Shown: positions 29,373 to 38,184 of the stretch, in pieces | Layout of the letters: each line of letters opens with the position of its first letter | Numbering within the stretch: position 1 is the first letter of the stretch | Assembly (NCBI GenBank): GCA_028688325.1 | Contig: JAQTYI010000004.1 | Span: 8,638-72,637 of the forward strand | Source of the DNA: Candidatus Portnoybacteria bacterium | Lineage (GTDB): Bacteria; Patescibacteriota; Minisyncoccia; Portnoybacterales; GWB1-42-6 | Direction of reading: 5' to 3' | Length of the DNA: 64,000 bases | Notes under the pieces: model-generated | The model's database searches: none | Told to the model about the DNA's origin: nothing | What the model saw: only the letters and a program-made list of their open reading frames with translations | Position numbers and translations under genes: made by a program

Positions 29373-29404
29373 ACAGTTTTTAGTTTGTAGTTTTTAGTTT
29401 TTAG
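29373..29404. repeat. CTAAAAAC-family repeat
   Basis: acagtttttagtttgtagtttttagtttttag; inverted partner at 29779-29808. Confidence 0.55.
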
Positions 29405-29407
29405 ACG

Positions 29408-29773
29408 ATGCAATTGAATTCTTATAAAGATCTAAAAGTTTGGCAAAAAGGGTTGGATTTGGTGATTGGGGTTTATGCGTTGACTGAAAAGTTTCCCCAA
29501 TCGGAAATTTATGGTTTGACCTCACAAATGAGAAGGGCGTCTGTTGCCATCCCGTCAAACATTGCTGAAGGTCAGAAAAGAGGCCACTATAAAGAATTTC
29601 TGCAGTTTTTATTCATAGCTTATGGGTCGGGAGCCGAGCTTAAAACGCAGATAGAAATATGTAAAAAGCTTCCCAAAATAAAAAATTTGGATTATAATAA
29701 TTTGGAGTTAGTTTTAGCGGAAGTGATGAAAATGTTAAACGGCCTGATTACTATATTAAAAAAGCGTTTATAG
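29408..29773 (+). CDS. Four-helix-bundle protein (23S rRNA intervening-sequence protein family)
   Basis: LKVWQKGLDLVIGVYALTEKFPQSEIYGLTSQMRRASVAIPSNIAEG family signature. Confidence 0.7.
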   Translation: MQLNSYKDLKVWQKGLDLVIGVYALTEKFPQSEIYGLTSQMRRASVAIPSNIAEGQKRGHYKEFLQFLFIAYGSGAELKTQIEICKKLPKIKNLDYNNLELVLAEVMKMLNGLITILKKRL

Positions 29774-29778
29774 CTTTA

Positions 29779-29808
29779 CTAAAAACTACTTACTACAAAC
29801 TAAAAACT
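29779..29808. repeat. CTAAAAAC-family repeat, inverted relative to 29373-29404
   Basis: ctaaaaactacttactacaaactaaaaact. Confidence 0.55.
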
Positions 29809-29816
29809 ATATATAT

Positions 29817-29888
29817 TCCGCGGTAGCTCAGTGGTAGAGCGAGCGACTGTTAATCGCTTGGTCGCAGGTTCGAATCCTGCCCGCGGAG
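29817..29888 (+). tRNA. tRNA-Asn (anticodon GTT)
   Basis: Manual fold: acceptor TCCGCGG/CCGCGGA, D-arm GCTCAGTGGTAGAGC, anticodon loop CTGTTAA, T-loop TTCGAAT. Confidence 0.85.
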
Positions 29889-30008
29889 CACGAACAAAGT
29901 GAGTGCGTAGCGGCTTGCGCCCATCCGTAGTTTTAACGAAGGAGGGCCCGCGGAGCTATTAATAAAGGTCGATGAAAATTTAATCAGTTTTTTTAAATTA
30001 TCATTTTT

Positions 30009-30152
30009 ATGAAGAGAGAAAATTGGGCATTAGGATTTCTCGGATTAATGGGGCTCCAGGGTGTATTAGGTCTTTTAAAAGGAGATTATGTAGAAGCTAT
30101 TTCGATGGTTTGGTTTGTCTGGTTTATTTTTTTTATACCCAAGAAGTCATAA
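30009..30152 (+). CDS. Small membrane protein (47 aa, not in ORF track)
   Basis: Own translation MKRENWALGFLGLMGLQGVLGLLKGDYVEAISMVWFVWFIFFIPKKS. Confidence 0.25.
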   Translation: MKRENWALGFLGLMGLQGVLGLLKGDYVEAISMVWFVWFIFFIPKKS

Positions 30153-30189
30153 AGCGGAGTGGACTCCAATAATCGAAAGTCGGCCAGTT

Positions 30190-30240
30190 AAAAAGTGTCA
30201 GGTACTTTGAGTTTAGAGTACCTGACACTTTTTTATTTTT
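30190..30240. terminator. Perfect hairpin terminator (aaaagtgtcaggtactt...agagtacctgacactttttt)
   Basis: 15-bp stem plus a T-run on both strands. Confidence 0.6.
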
Positions 30241-30274
30241 GTTGTATAATTAACGCAGAGTAAAAAATTATGAT

Positions 30275-30448
30275 ATGAAAAAATATTATAAAATAATATT
30301 ATATTTTCTTTTAGTGTTGTTTGGCGCTTTTATGTTTGTTTATGGCGGATATGACGACAGCCCCGGCGCGCAGTTGCTGGGAGTTCTTGCGGTTGTTGGC
30401 GGCATTATCGGCGTTATAAAGAGCAGAAGAAAATCGAATGATATATGA
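30275..30448 (+). CDS. Small membrane protein (57 aa, not in ORF track)
   Basis: Own translation MKKYYKIILYFLLVLFGAFMFVYGGYDDSPGAQLLGVLAVVGGIIGVIKSRRKSNDI. Confidence 0.25.
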   Translation: MKKYYKIILYFLLVLFGAFMFVYGGYDDSPGAQLLGVLAVVGGIIGVIKSRRKSNDI

Positions 30449-30534
30449 ACAATTTTAATTCCTTGCGGATATTCTAAACAATATGTTCGGGAAATAAGCG
30501 GCGCCTAATCTTTAATAATTAATTCAAAAATCTT

Positions 30535-30936
30535 ATGCTAAAAGAATTCAAGCAGTTTTTACTTCGGGGAAATGTCGTTGACCTGGCGGTTGGCGTGATT
30601 ATCGGCGCGGCTTTCGGTTCCGTCGTTACCGCTTTGGTTTCGGATCTATTGACTCCGTTTATCGCCGCCATTGCTAAAGTTCCGGATTTTTCCGGTTTTG
30701 CTTTCACGGTTAATGGCAGCAAATTCATGATAGGGCATTTTATAAACGCTCTAATATCGTTCATATTGGTCGCGGCCGCCATTTTCTTTTTTGTGGTGAA
30801 GCCCATGAATATGCTGATTGCCCGCTCTAAAAAAGGAGCGCCGGTGGATCCGACCACCAAAAAATGCAAAGAATGCTTGAGTGAAATTCCCATTGACGCC
30901 AGACGCTGCTCGCATTGCACTCAGCTTGCGGATTAA
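30535..30936 (+). CDS. mscL: Large-conductance mechanosensitive channel MscL with C-terminal CxxC...CxxC zinc-ribbon-like tail
   Basis: MLKEFKQFLLRGNVVDLAVGVIIGAAFG; tail KKCKECLSEIPIDARRCSHCT. Confidence 0.85.
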   Translation: MLKEFKQFLLRGNVVDLAVGVIIGAAFGSVVTALVSDLLTPFIAAIAKVPDFSGFAFTVNGSKFMIGHFINALISFILVAAAIFFFVVKPMNMLIARSKKGAPVDPTTKKCKECLSEIPIDARRCSHCTQLAD

Positions 30937-30945
30937 TTATTTTGT

Positions 30946-31680
30946 ATGAAGGACAACGCTGTCAAAAAAATTGTAAAGGATAAATATGCCCAGATAGCCA
31001 AAAGCGGCTCCGGTTGCGGTTGCAGTTGCAACAGCGCCGGCGCTATTTCCAGGGATATCGGTTATTCCGACGAAGAATTAGCGATTGTCGGCGCGGCTAA
31101 TCTTGGTTTGGGTTGCGGCAATCCTTTGGCATTCGGGAAAATAAAAGAAGGCGATATTGTGCTGGACTTGGGGTCGGGAGCGGGGATAGACGCTATTTTG
31201 GCGGCAAAAAAAGTCGGCAGCAGAGGAAAAGTTATCGGCGTCGATATGACCGAAGAGATGGTGGCTAAAGCGAAGACCAATGCAGCAAAACAAAATATAA
31301 CCAACGCGGAATTCTATTTGGGCGAAATCGAAAATTTGCCGCTTAATGATAATTCCGTTGATACGATAATCACCAATTGCGTGATAAATTTGACTCCCGA
31401 CAAAGCCAAAACATTCAAGGAGGCCTACAGGGTTTTAAAGCCGGGAGGAAAAATATATCTTTCCGATATTGTTTTATTGGAAGAGCTTATAAAAGAGCAG
31501 AGAAGCGATAAGGACTTGATAGCCGGCTGCGTGGCGGGCGCGTTATTGAGGGATGACTATCTGGATAAGATAAAGAGCGCCGGTTTTAAGGTTAAAATTT
31601 TGCACGAAAATAAAGAAATAAGCAAAACCCAATATAATGGCATTCCCTTGGAAAGCATTATGGTGGAGTTGGAAAAATAA
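30946..31680 (+). CDS. arsM: Arsenite S-adenosylmethionine methyltransferase ArsM-like
   Basis: Cys pairs in the N-terminus, [34 protein letters not shown]. Confidence 0.75.
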   Translation: MKDNAVKKIVKDKYAQIAKSGSGCGCSCNSAGAISRDIGYSDEELAIVGAANLGLGCGNPLAFGKIKEGDIVLDLGSGAGIDAILAAKKVGSRGKVIGVDMTEEMVAKAKTNAAKQNITNAEFYLGEIENLPLNDNSVDTIITNCVINLTPDKAKTFKEAYRVLKPGGKIYLSDIVLLEELIKEQRSDKDLIAGCVAGALLRDDYLDKIKSAGFKVKILHENKEISKTQYNGIPLESIMVELEK

Positions 31681-31792
31681 AATTTCTATAAGATTTCTTT
31701 TATATATATTCCGATGTAGCACATCGGAATATATATAAATGCATATAGAGTCCTTTCAATGCGGAGAGCTTGACAGGATTTTTATTTATGAT

Positions 31793-31818
31793 AACATTCA
31801 AATATATATTTGAATGTT
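31793..31818. promoter_or_regulatory. Perfect 12-2-12 palindrome aacattcaaatatatatttgaatgtt immediately upstream of arsR (probable ArsR operator)
   Basis: Seen directly; TTGACA at 31770-31775 just upstream. Confidence 0.45.
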
Positions 31819-31826
31819 ATTTTATG

Positions 31827-32120
31827 TCCGGAAAAATGAAAGCAAAAAAAGAATTTGTCCGTTTTGCGGATTTTTTGAAAACCATCGGCCATCCCAACCG
31901 CCTGAAGATAATCTGCCTGCTTTTGGGGCATAAAAAAATATGCGTTTCCGAAGTCGCTTTGCGTTCTGGTCTTTCCGTGGCCGACGCTTCCCATCATTTG
32001 AGGGTTATGGCACGCCGCGGCATCTTGAGGCCTCAAAGGCGCGGAAAAGAGATATGTTATGCGATAGGAAGCGGAGAATTTGTTTCGGATATCAAGCGGC
32101 TTATATGTAAATATAAATAA
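31827..32120 (+). CDS. arsR: ArsR/SmtB-family metalloregulator
   Basis: HPNRLKIICLL...CVSEVALRSGLSVADASHHLRVM HTH; start reset to MSGKMKAKK. Confidence 0.7.
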   Translation, partial: SGKMKAKKEFVRFADFLKTIGHPNRLKIICLLLGHKKICVSEVALRSGLSVADASHHLRVMARRGILRPQRRGKEICYAIGSGEFVSDIKRLICKYK

Positions 32121-32137
32121 ACATTAATCATAAAAAA

Positions 32138-32380
32138 ATGAGCAAAAACACGATCACGGTTTACTCAACCCCGACTTGCCATTACTGCGTTATGGCTAAA
32201 GAGTATTTTAAGAAAAATAATCTGGAATTCAAGGATGTGGATGTCAGCGTCAGTGAGGCCGCCGCGCGCGAGATGATAGATAAAAGCGGCCAGATGGGTG
32301 TGCCGGTTATAGAGGTGAATGGAAAGTTAGTTGTCGGTTTCCGGCCGGATGTCATCGAAAAGCTTCTCATAAAAGATTGA
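32138..32380 (+). CDS. Glutaredoxin-like protein (CHYC active site)
   Basis: TVYSTPTCHYC...GVPVIEVNGKLVVGF thioredoxin fold; paralog at 62999. Confidence 0.7.
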   Translation: MSKNTITVYSTPTCHYCVMAKEYFKKNNLEFKDVDVSVSEAAAREMIDKSGQMGVPVIEVNGKLVVGFRPDVIEKLLIKD

Positions 32381-32483
32381 TCTCGTTTTAACCGCATTTT
32401 TATCTTTTTGGAGTAAATTGGCGGTAAACGGATAAGTTGGTCGGCTTTTCGTTTATAATCTTTAAGAATAAAAAATTAAAAAT

Positions 32484-32741
32484 ATGTATGGATATTTGAA
32501 CAATTGCATGACAGGTTTTGGTTATGGCGGATTCGGTATGGTTCTGGCCGTTATTTGGTGGGTGATCATCATCGCGCTAATAATTTTGTTGGCGCGTTGG
32601 CTTTTGGGGGACTCGCGCCATCGGAAGATATGGCGGCCGGGAGAAAAAAATGCCATAGAAATTTTAGAAGAACGCTACGCCAAAGGAGAAATAGACAAAG
32701 AGGAATTTGAGACAAAGAAAAAAAACCTGGATAAACAATAG
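32484..32741 (+). CDS. SHOCT-domain membrane protein
   Basis: TM helix plus AIEILEERYAKGEIDKEEFETKKKNL. Confidence 0.55.
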   Translation: MYGYLNNCMTGFGYGGFGMVLAVIWWVIIIALIILLARWLLGDSRHRKIWRPGEKNAIEILEERYAKGEIDKEEFETKKKNLDKQ

Positions 32742-32908
32742 CCGTCATTGAGGGATGCATCGCCAGCGGCTGTTTAAAATAACCCGTGTTTAACGGGTTA
32801 TTTTTTTAGTCGGCGCAACCGATTTTTACCTTGCGCGTTATATGTATATTCAGGGGCGAGGTCGAGCCCCGGTCAAATTAAAAAACAATAATCATTAAAT
32901 CATAATTT

Positions 32909-33865
32909 ATGAAAAATTTAACTAAAATAGCGATTGCGGGTTTTTTAATTTCCGTAATAGCGCCGTTGGCATCGTTGTTTGTGGCAACCGCCGACGCGGC
33001 CACTGCCGCGGATGTGGCGACGCACAACTCGCAAACCAACTGCTGGGTGATAGCGAACAACAGGGTTTATAATATAACAGCTTATCTGCCAAATCATCCG
33101 GGCGGCATCAACGCCATTCTGCCTTATTGCGGCCACGACATCACAAGCGCATTTTCGGGGCATTCGCAAAACGCCAATACGATATTGGCCAATTATTATG
33201 TGAGTGATTTGATTATACCGGATACCACCAGGCCGGTCATCACCCGCTTGGGCGTTTCTCCGGTTAATGTGATCGTCGGCAATGTTTATACTGATGCCGG
33301 CGCCACCGCTCTGGATAATGTGGACGGCAACATCACAAGTAGGATTGTCACCGTAAACCCCGTTAGCACGACGACCCTCGGAACCTATACGGTTACATAT
33401 AATGTTTCCGATACGGCCGGCAACGCGGCTTTACAGGTGATAAGGACTGTCAATGTTGTGGCTACGACGACTCCTTCGCCTACGCCGAGTCCGACGGCTC
33501 CGCCATCGCCAAGCCGGCAGATCAATATTTCAGGAAGAGTCACAGCCATCTCTAGTAGCAGCTTGACGATTTTAACCGAAGAGCGCGGCAGCTGGATAGC
33601 CGATTTGGCCACATCGACTGCTATAGTGAAAAGAGGAAAGCCGTCGTTGTTCTCCGGCATAATTGTCGGCACAAAGGTTAAGATCAAAGGCATCCTGGAT
33701 TCCGCCGGTAACCGCATCATAGCCGTAAAAATAATAATTACCGGAAAGAAGGACCATCTGGAGGACAACCACTCGCTGAATGGAGAGGATAAAGGCAAAA
33801 AAAACGGATGGCATCAGCTTGGTAGGGACGATGACGACGAGAACGAGTCCGAGCAAGATGACTAA
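32909..33865 (+). CDS. Secreted cytochrome b5-like heme-binding domain protein with Ig-like (DUF5011-type) domain and Pro/Thr/Ser linker
   Basis: Signal peptide; HNSQTNCWVIANNRVYNITAYLPNHPGG cyt-b5 motif. Confidence 0.55.
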   Translation: MKNLTKIAIAGFLISVIAPLASLFVATADAATAADVATHNSQTNCWVIANNRVYNITAYLPNHPGGINAILPYCGHDITSAFSGHSQNANTILANYYVSDLIIPDTTRPVITRLGVSPVNVIVGNVYTDAGATALDNVDGNITSRIVTVNPVSTTTLGTYTVTYNVSDTAGNAALQVIRTVNVVATTTPSPTPSPTAPPSPSRQINISGRVTAISSSSLTILTEERGSWIADLATSTAIVKRGKPSLFSGIIVGTKVKIKGILDSAGNRIIAVKIIITGKKDHLEDNHSLNGEDKGKKNGWHQLGRDDDDENESEQDD

Positions 33866-33971
33866 AAAAATATTCGGATAGCTCTTTCCAGCCAGGTCAT
33901 GGTATCGCAAAAACCTCTTGATATTTTTCGGGGGTTTTTGCTTTTTTGGGAGAAAATGATAAGGTAGGATT

Positions 33972-35231
33972 ATGGAAAAAGAACAAGAAATCTACGATGT
34001 GGCCGTTATCGGCGGAGGTCCCGCCGGAATGATGGCGGCTTGTCGCTCGGCGGAACTCGGCGCCAAGGTTGTTTTGCTTGAGAGAAACAAGGCCTTAGGC
34101 AGGAAGCTGTTGTTGACCGGCAACGAAAGGTGCAATATCACCCAGGCCAATTTCAACGACAAGGAATTCATAAAAAAACTGGGCAAGAACGGCTCTTGGC
34201 TTTTTTCGGTTTTGGCGGCGTTCGGACCCAGGGATATGATGGAGTTTCTGGCCAAGCGCGGCCTCAAAACCAAAACAGAGAAAGACGGCCGGGTCTTTCC
34301 GGTTTCCGACCGCGCCCAGGATGTATTGACTATATTTTTAAAGTACTTGGAAGAGAAAAGTGTTAAGGTCATGTGCCAAGAAAAGATATCGGGTTTAAAT
34401 ATCAAAAATAAATCGGTTGAAAGCGCGCAACTGGCAAATGACAGGAAAATTTATGCCAAGGCGTTTATTTTATGCTCGGGCGGAGCAACTTATCCTTTAA
34501 CCGGCTCCAGCGGCGACGGATATGAGTTTGCAAAAAAAATGGGGCACAACATAGTCGCTCCGCGGCCGGCGCTCGCTCCCGTCGAGATAGCGGAGGACTG
34601 GGCCAAGGCAATGCCGGGACTGGGTTTAAAAAATGTCGGAATGAGAATATTTTTGGACGGCAAAAAGCAGGAATCTAAAACAGGGGATATGATATTCACG
34701 CATTATGGCATCAGCGGGCCGATGGTGCTTGATATGAGTAAAAAAATAGCGGAGCTGGCGCTTGCCGGCAAAGTTGCCGTTGAAGTAGATTTGAAACCCG
34801 AGATGGATCTACAGGAAGCGGATAAATGGCTACAGACGGAATTTGCCGCCAACGCCAACCGCGACCTGAAAAATTATTTGCCCGGGATAATGCCACAGCG
34901 CTTGGCCGATCTTTTTATGGAGTTATCCAAGATCAGTCCCAAAAAGAAAATAAACCTGATAACGCGCGAGGAACGGAAAAAACTGCTGGTGCTTCTCAAG
35001 GGGCTGAAAATGACGGCGCGCGGCTCGATGGGTTTTGAGCAGGCCAATATAACCAGCGGCGGAGTGGACTTGGCGGAAATTGACTCAAGAACAATGATGT
35101 CCAAAAAAATAAAAAATCTCTTTTTTGCGGGCGAGATAATAGATCTGGACGGCCCGACCGGCGGCTATAATTTGCAGATTTGCTGGTCTACAGGTTTTGC
35201 CGCGGGCAGCAATACGGGGCTGGGAAAATAA
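33972..35231 (+). CDS. HI0933-family NAD(P)/FAD-dependent oxidoreductase (aminoacetone oxidase family)
   Basis: YDVAVIGGGPAGMMAA Rossmann motif; family-typical length and C-terminus. Confidence 0.78.
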   Translation: MEKEQEIYDVAVIGGGPAGMMAACRSAELGAKVVLLERNKALGRKLLLTGNERCNITQANFNDKEFIKKLGKNGSWLFSVLAAFGPRDMMEFLAKRGLKTKTEKDGRVFPVSDRAQDVLTIFLKYLEEKSVKVMCQEKISGLNIKNKSVESAQLANDRKIYAKAFILCSGGATYPLTGSSGDGYEFAKKMGHNIVAPRPALAPVEIAEDWAKAMPGLGLKNVGMRIFLDGKKQESKTGDMIFTHYGISGPMVLDMSKKIAELALAGKVAVEVDLKPEMDLQEADKWLQTEFAANANRDLKNYLPGIMPQRLADLFMELSKISPKKKINLITREERKKLLVLLKGLKMTARGSMGFEQANITSGGVDLAEIDSRTMMSKKIKNLFFAGEIIDLDGPTGGYNLQICWSTGFAAGSNTGLGK

Positions 35232-35276
35232 TGCCGAACGCGGAAAATATTATTTTGAATACGCTATTTTATATTT

Positions 35277-36242
35277 ATGCTAATAGACGATGTAACAATA
35301 AAAGTTAAAGCGGGCAACGGCGGGAACGGCTCGGTGGCTTTTAATAAGACCAAAATGAGCTTGGGCCCGACGGGCGCGGATGGCGGCCACGGCGGAAGCG
35401 TCTACCTTGAAGTTGTGTCGGACCTTGCCGCGCTTGTCCAGTTCCGTTATAAAAAAGAAATAATCGCCAAAAACGGCGAGCGCGGAAAGACGCAATTAAA
35501 TGACGGCTCGAACGGGCCGGATATCGTTTTAAGAGTGCCTGTGGGTACCGTGATCCATAATCTGACAACCGGCGAAGACCTGGAAATCGTGGCCATCGGC
35601 CAGAAAGTTTTGATTGCCAAAGGCGGCCGGGGCGGCCGGGGAAACTATAAATTCCGTTCCGCCATAAATACCAGCCCCGAAGAATTCGAAGAAGGAACGC
35701 CGGGCCAGGAACGCGAACTGCGCTTGGAATTGAAGATGATAGCAGATGTGGGATTTGTGGGGCTTCCCAATGTGGGCAAATCGAGCTTGCTTAACGAAGT
35801 AACCCGCGCCAAAAGCAAAGTAGCCAATTATCATTTCACGACCCTGGATCCGAATCTCGGCGCATATTACGAATTAATCCTGGCGGACTTGCCCGGCCTC
35901 ATAGAGGGCGCGGCGGAAGGCAAAGGGCTAGGCATAAAATTTTTGCGCCATACAGAGCGCACCAAGGCCCTTTTTCATTTTGTTTCCGCGGAATCAGCCG
36001 ATCCCGTTAAGGATTACAATATCATCCGCCGGGAACTTGGCGCGCATAATAAAGCATTACTGGATAAGCCGGAATATGTTTTTTTAAGCAAAGAGGATAT
36101 GCTTTCAAAAGAAGAGGTTGCAAAAAAGTTAGACGCGTTGAAGACCGTCAATAAAGATGCTTTGCCGATATCCATTCACGATATGGATTCCATTAAGCGC
36201 GTTAAAAAAATTTTACGGGAAATAATTAAATTAAAATACTGA
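35277..36242 (+). CDS. obg: GTPase Obg/CgtA (short form)
   Basis: Gly-rich Obg fold at the N-terminus; [19 protein letters not shown]1 motif. Confidence 0.85.
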   Translation: MLIDDVTIKVKAGNGGNGSVAFNKTKMSLGPTGADGGHGGSVYLEVVSDLAALVQFRYKKEIIAKNGERGKTQLNDGSNGPDIVLRVPVGTVIHNLTTGEDLEIVAIGQKVLIAKGGRGGRGNYKFRSAINTSPEEFEEGTPGQERELRLELKMIADVGFVGLPNVGKSSLLNEVTRAKSKVANYHFTTLDPNLGAYYELILADLPGLIEGAAEGKGLGIKFLRHTERTKALFHFVSAESADPVKDYNIIRRELGAHNKALLDKPEYVFLSKEDMLSKEEVAKKLDALKTVNKDALPISIHDMDSIKRVKKILREIIKLKY

Positions 36243-36247
36243 TTTTT

Positions 36248-36520
36248 ATGGTCGTATTCCTGGGTCTGCTGGACATTCACGCCACAATTTTATTGTTAGC
36301 CCTGGCCTTAAGCGTTAAAATTCCGGTTGTTGTTCTGGCCGCAACCATACTTTTGCTTTTCGCCAAGGCCTGCATTTCCATTACGGATATCGGCGCCCTG
36401 CAGGACATTGCAGTGATAATAATTCTGCTGGTGAGCATTTTTACGGCCGTTCCGGCCGCGTTTTTATGCATTGCGGCGGTAATTATCGGGATTAAGGGGT
36501 TGAGCAGCTTAGCGGCCTGA
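36248..36520 (+). CDS. Small hydrophobic protein (hypothetical)
   Basis: ORF with 3 predicted TM segments; weak support. Confidence 0.25.
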   Translation: MVVFLGLLDIHATILLLALALSVKIPVVVLAATILLLFAKACISITDIGALQDIAVIIILLVSIFTAVPAAFLCIAAVIIGIKGLSSLAA

Positions 36521-36674
36521 AGCCAAAAGCGCAAACCCACCTGTTTTTTACAAGGCCCAACGGTTAAAATCAAATAATGATAAAAGTGGATAAGTATTTT
36601 TGAGAATATGCTATAATATAAAAAATGTCCTTTTGGGTTCTTGATAAAAATTAAGATAAGAAAGGAGGGGGGAG

Positions 36675-36929
36675 ATGCCTGACGCTGTTTTTATCGTTTG
36701 TGACGGCCCGAGGTGCGTAAATAAAGAAAATGTCATCGGATGCATCAAAAGAAGATGCGAGACAGATTGCACCATTTGCGAAATTAAATATAGGAAACAA
36801 TTTGAATCCTGCCCGTTTACCGGTTACGGCGGCAAAAAGAGACAAGAGTTAGACGGCAACAAATGTATAAACAGGCATTGTTATTACTGTAAAACATTTG
36901 GCGGAATTCCAGCCAAGGCGGTTCATTGA
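36675..36929 (+). CDS. Cysteine-rich small protein (13 Cys in 84 aa), hypothetical metal-binding
   Basis: SD aaggagggggg before the ATG; strong terminator hairpin follows at 36930-36965. Confidence 0.45.
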   Translation: MPDAVFIVCDGPRCVNKENVIGCIKRRCETDCTICEIKYRKQFESCPFTGYGGKKRQELDGNKCINRHCYYCKTFGGIPAKAVH

Positions 36930-37027
36930 AGGGGGGGGCGAAAATAAAAATTCGCCCTCTTTTGTTTTTTAAGATAATTTGCTATAATGACACCTGTCGT
37001 TCAGCAGATAAATAAAAAATAAAATCT

Positions 37028-38176
37028 ATGTCCAAACAAAATCCCATCGCGAAGAAGGCCATTGCCGTGCACAAAAAATTAAACGGCAAGATATCCGTTG
37101 TCAGCAAGGTGCCGGTAAAAAACGCCAAGGAGCTGGCTATCTATTACACGCCGGGCGTCGGCGCGGTTTCTTCTTATTTGGCGCAAAATAAGGATCAAGT
37201 GCGCAATTTTACGATAAAAAGAAACACTGTAGCCGTGGTCTCTGACGGTTCGGCTGTTTTGGGGCTGGGCAATATCGGGCCGGAGGGAGCGATGCCCGTC
37301 ATGGAAGGCAAATGCCAGCTGTTTAAATCATTCGCCGATGTGGACGCTTTTCCCATAATTTTAGACACGCAAAATACCGACGAGATAGTGGAGACGGTGA
37401 AACACATTGCGCTTATTTTCGGCGGCATAAACCTGGAGGATATCTCCGCGCCCCGCTGTTTTGAGATAGAAAGACGGCTTATCAACGAACTTGATATTCC
37501 GGTTATGCATGATGACCAGCATGGCACGGCCGTGGTGGCTGTGGCGGCGCTGATGAACGCCCTTAAGGTGGTTAAAAAATCTTTGCAAAAAAGCAAAGTG
37601 GTGATAGTCGGAGCCGGCGCGGCCGGAACCGCGGTAACAAAATTACTGCTGGCCGAAGGCGCGGGAGACATTATCATGGTTGATAGCAAAGCTATAATTT
37701 CAAAAGACCGCAAAGATACGAACGGCTTCAAAAAGGAAATGGCCGAAATCACCAACAAAAACAATATTTCCGGCCCGATGGAAGAAGCAATAAAGGGCGC
37801 GGATATTCTGATGGGCCTTTCCGTGGCCGGGCTTTTCAAACCGGAGCACATCAAAAGCATGGCGGAACGCCCCATCGTTTTTGCCATGGCCAATCCCGTG
37901 CCGGAAATTATGCCGGATGTTGCCAAAAAAGCCGGTGCGATGGTGGTGGCCACCGGACGATCGGATTTTCCCAATCAGATAAATAATGTTTTGGGTTTTC
38001 CCGGAATCTTCCGCGGCGCGCTGGACAATAATGTCAAAAAGATAACCCAAGAAATGAAATTGCGCGTGGCCAGGAATCTGGCCGGCTTGATAAAAAAGCC
38101 GACGCCGACTTTAATCATTCCTTCTCCTTTTGACAAGCGAGTCGTCAAAGCCGTGGCCAAAGCCATCAAGGACTAA
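37028..38176 (+). CDS. NAD(P)-dependent malic enzyme (short bacterial type)
   Basis: LAIYYTPGVG, VSDGSAVLGLGNIGP, VVGAGAAGTA. Confidence 0.85.
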   Translation: MSKQNPIAKKAIAVHKKLNGKISVVSKVPVKNAKELAIYYTPGVGAVSSYLAQNKDQVRNFTIKRNTVAVVSDGSAVLGLGNIGPEGAMPVMEGKCQLFKSFADVDAFPIILDTQNTDEIVETVKHIALIFGGINLEDISAPRCFEIERRLINELDIPVMHDDQHGTAVVAVAALMNALKVVKKSLQKSKVVIVGAGAAGTAVTKLLLAEGAGDIIMVDSKAIISKDRKDTNGFKKEMAEITNKNNISGPMEEAIKGADILMGLSVAGLFKPEHIKSMAERPIVFAMANPVPEIMPDVAKKAGAMVVATGRSDFPNQINNVLGFPGIFRGALDNNVKKITQEMKLRVARNLAGLIKKPTPTLIIPSPFDKRVVKAVAKAIKD

Positions 38177-38184
38177 TAAAATCA

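Noticed and set aside
37195-37974. 259-aa ORF antisense to malic enzyme
   Set aside because: It is a shadow ORF inside a well-supported gene.
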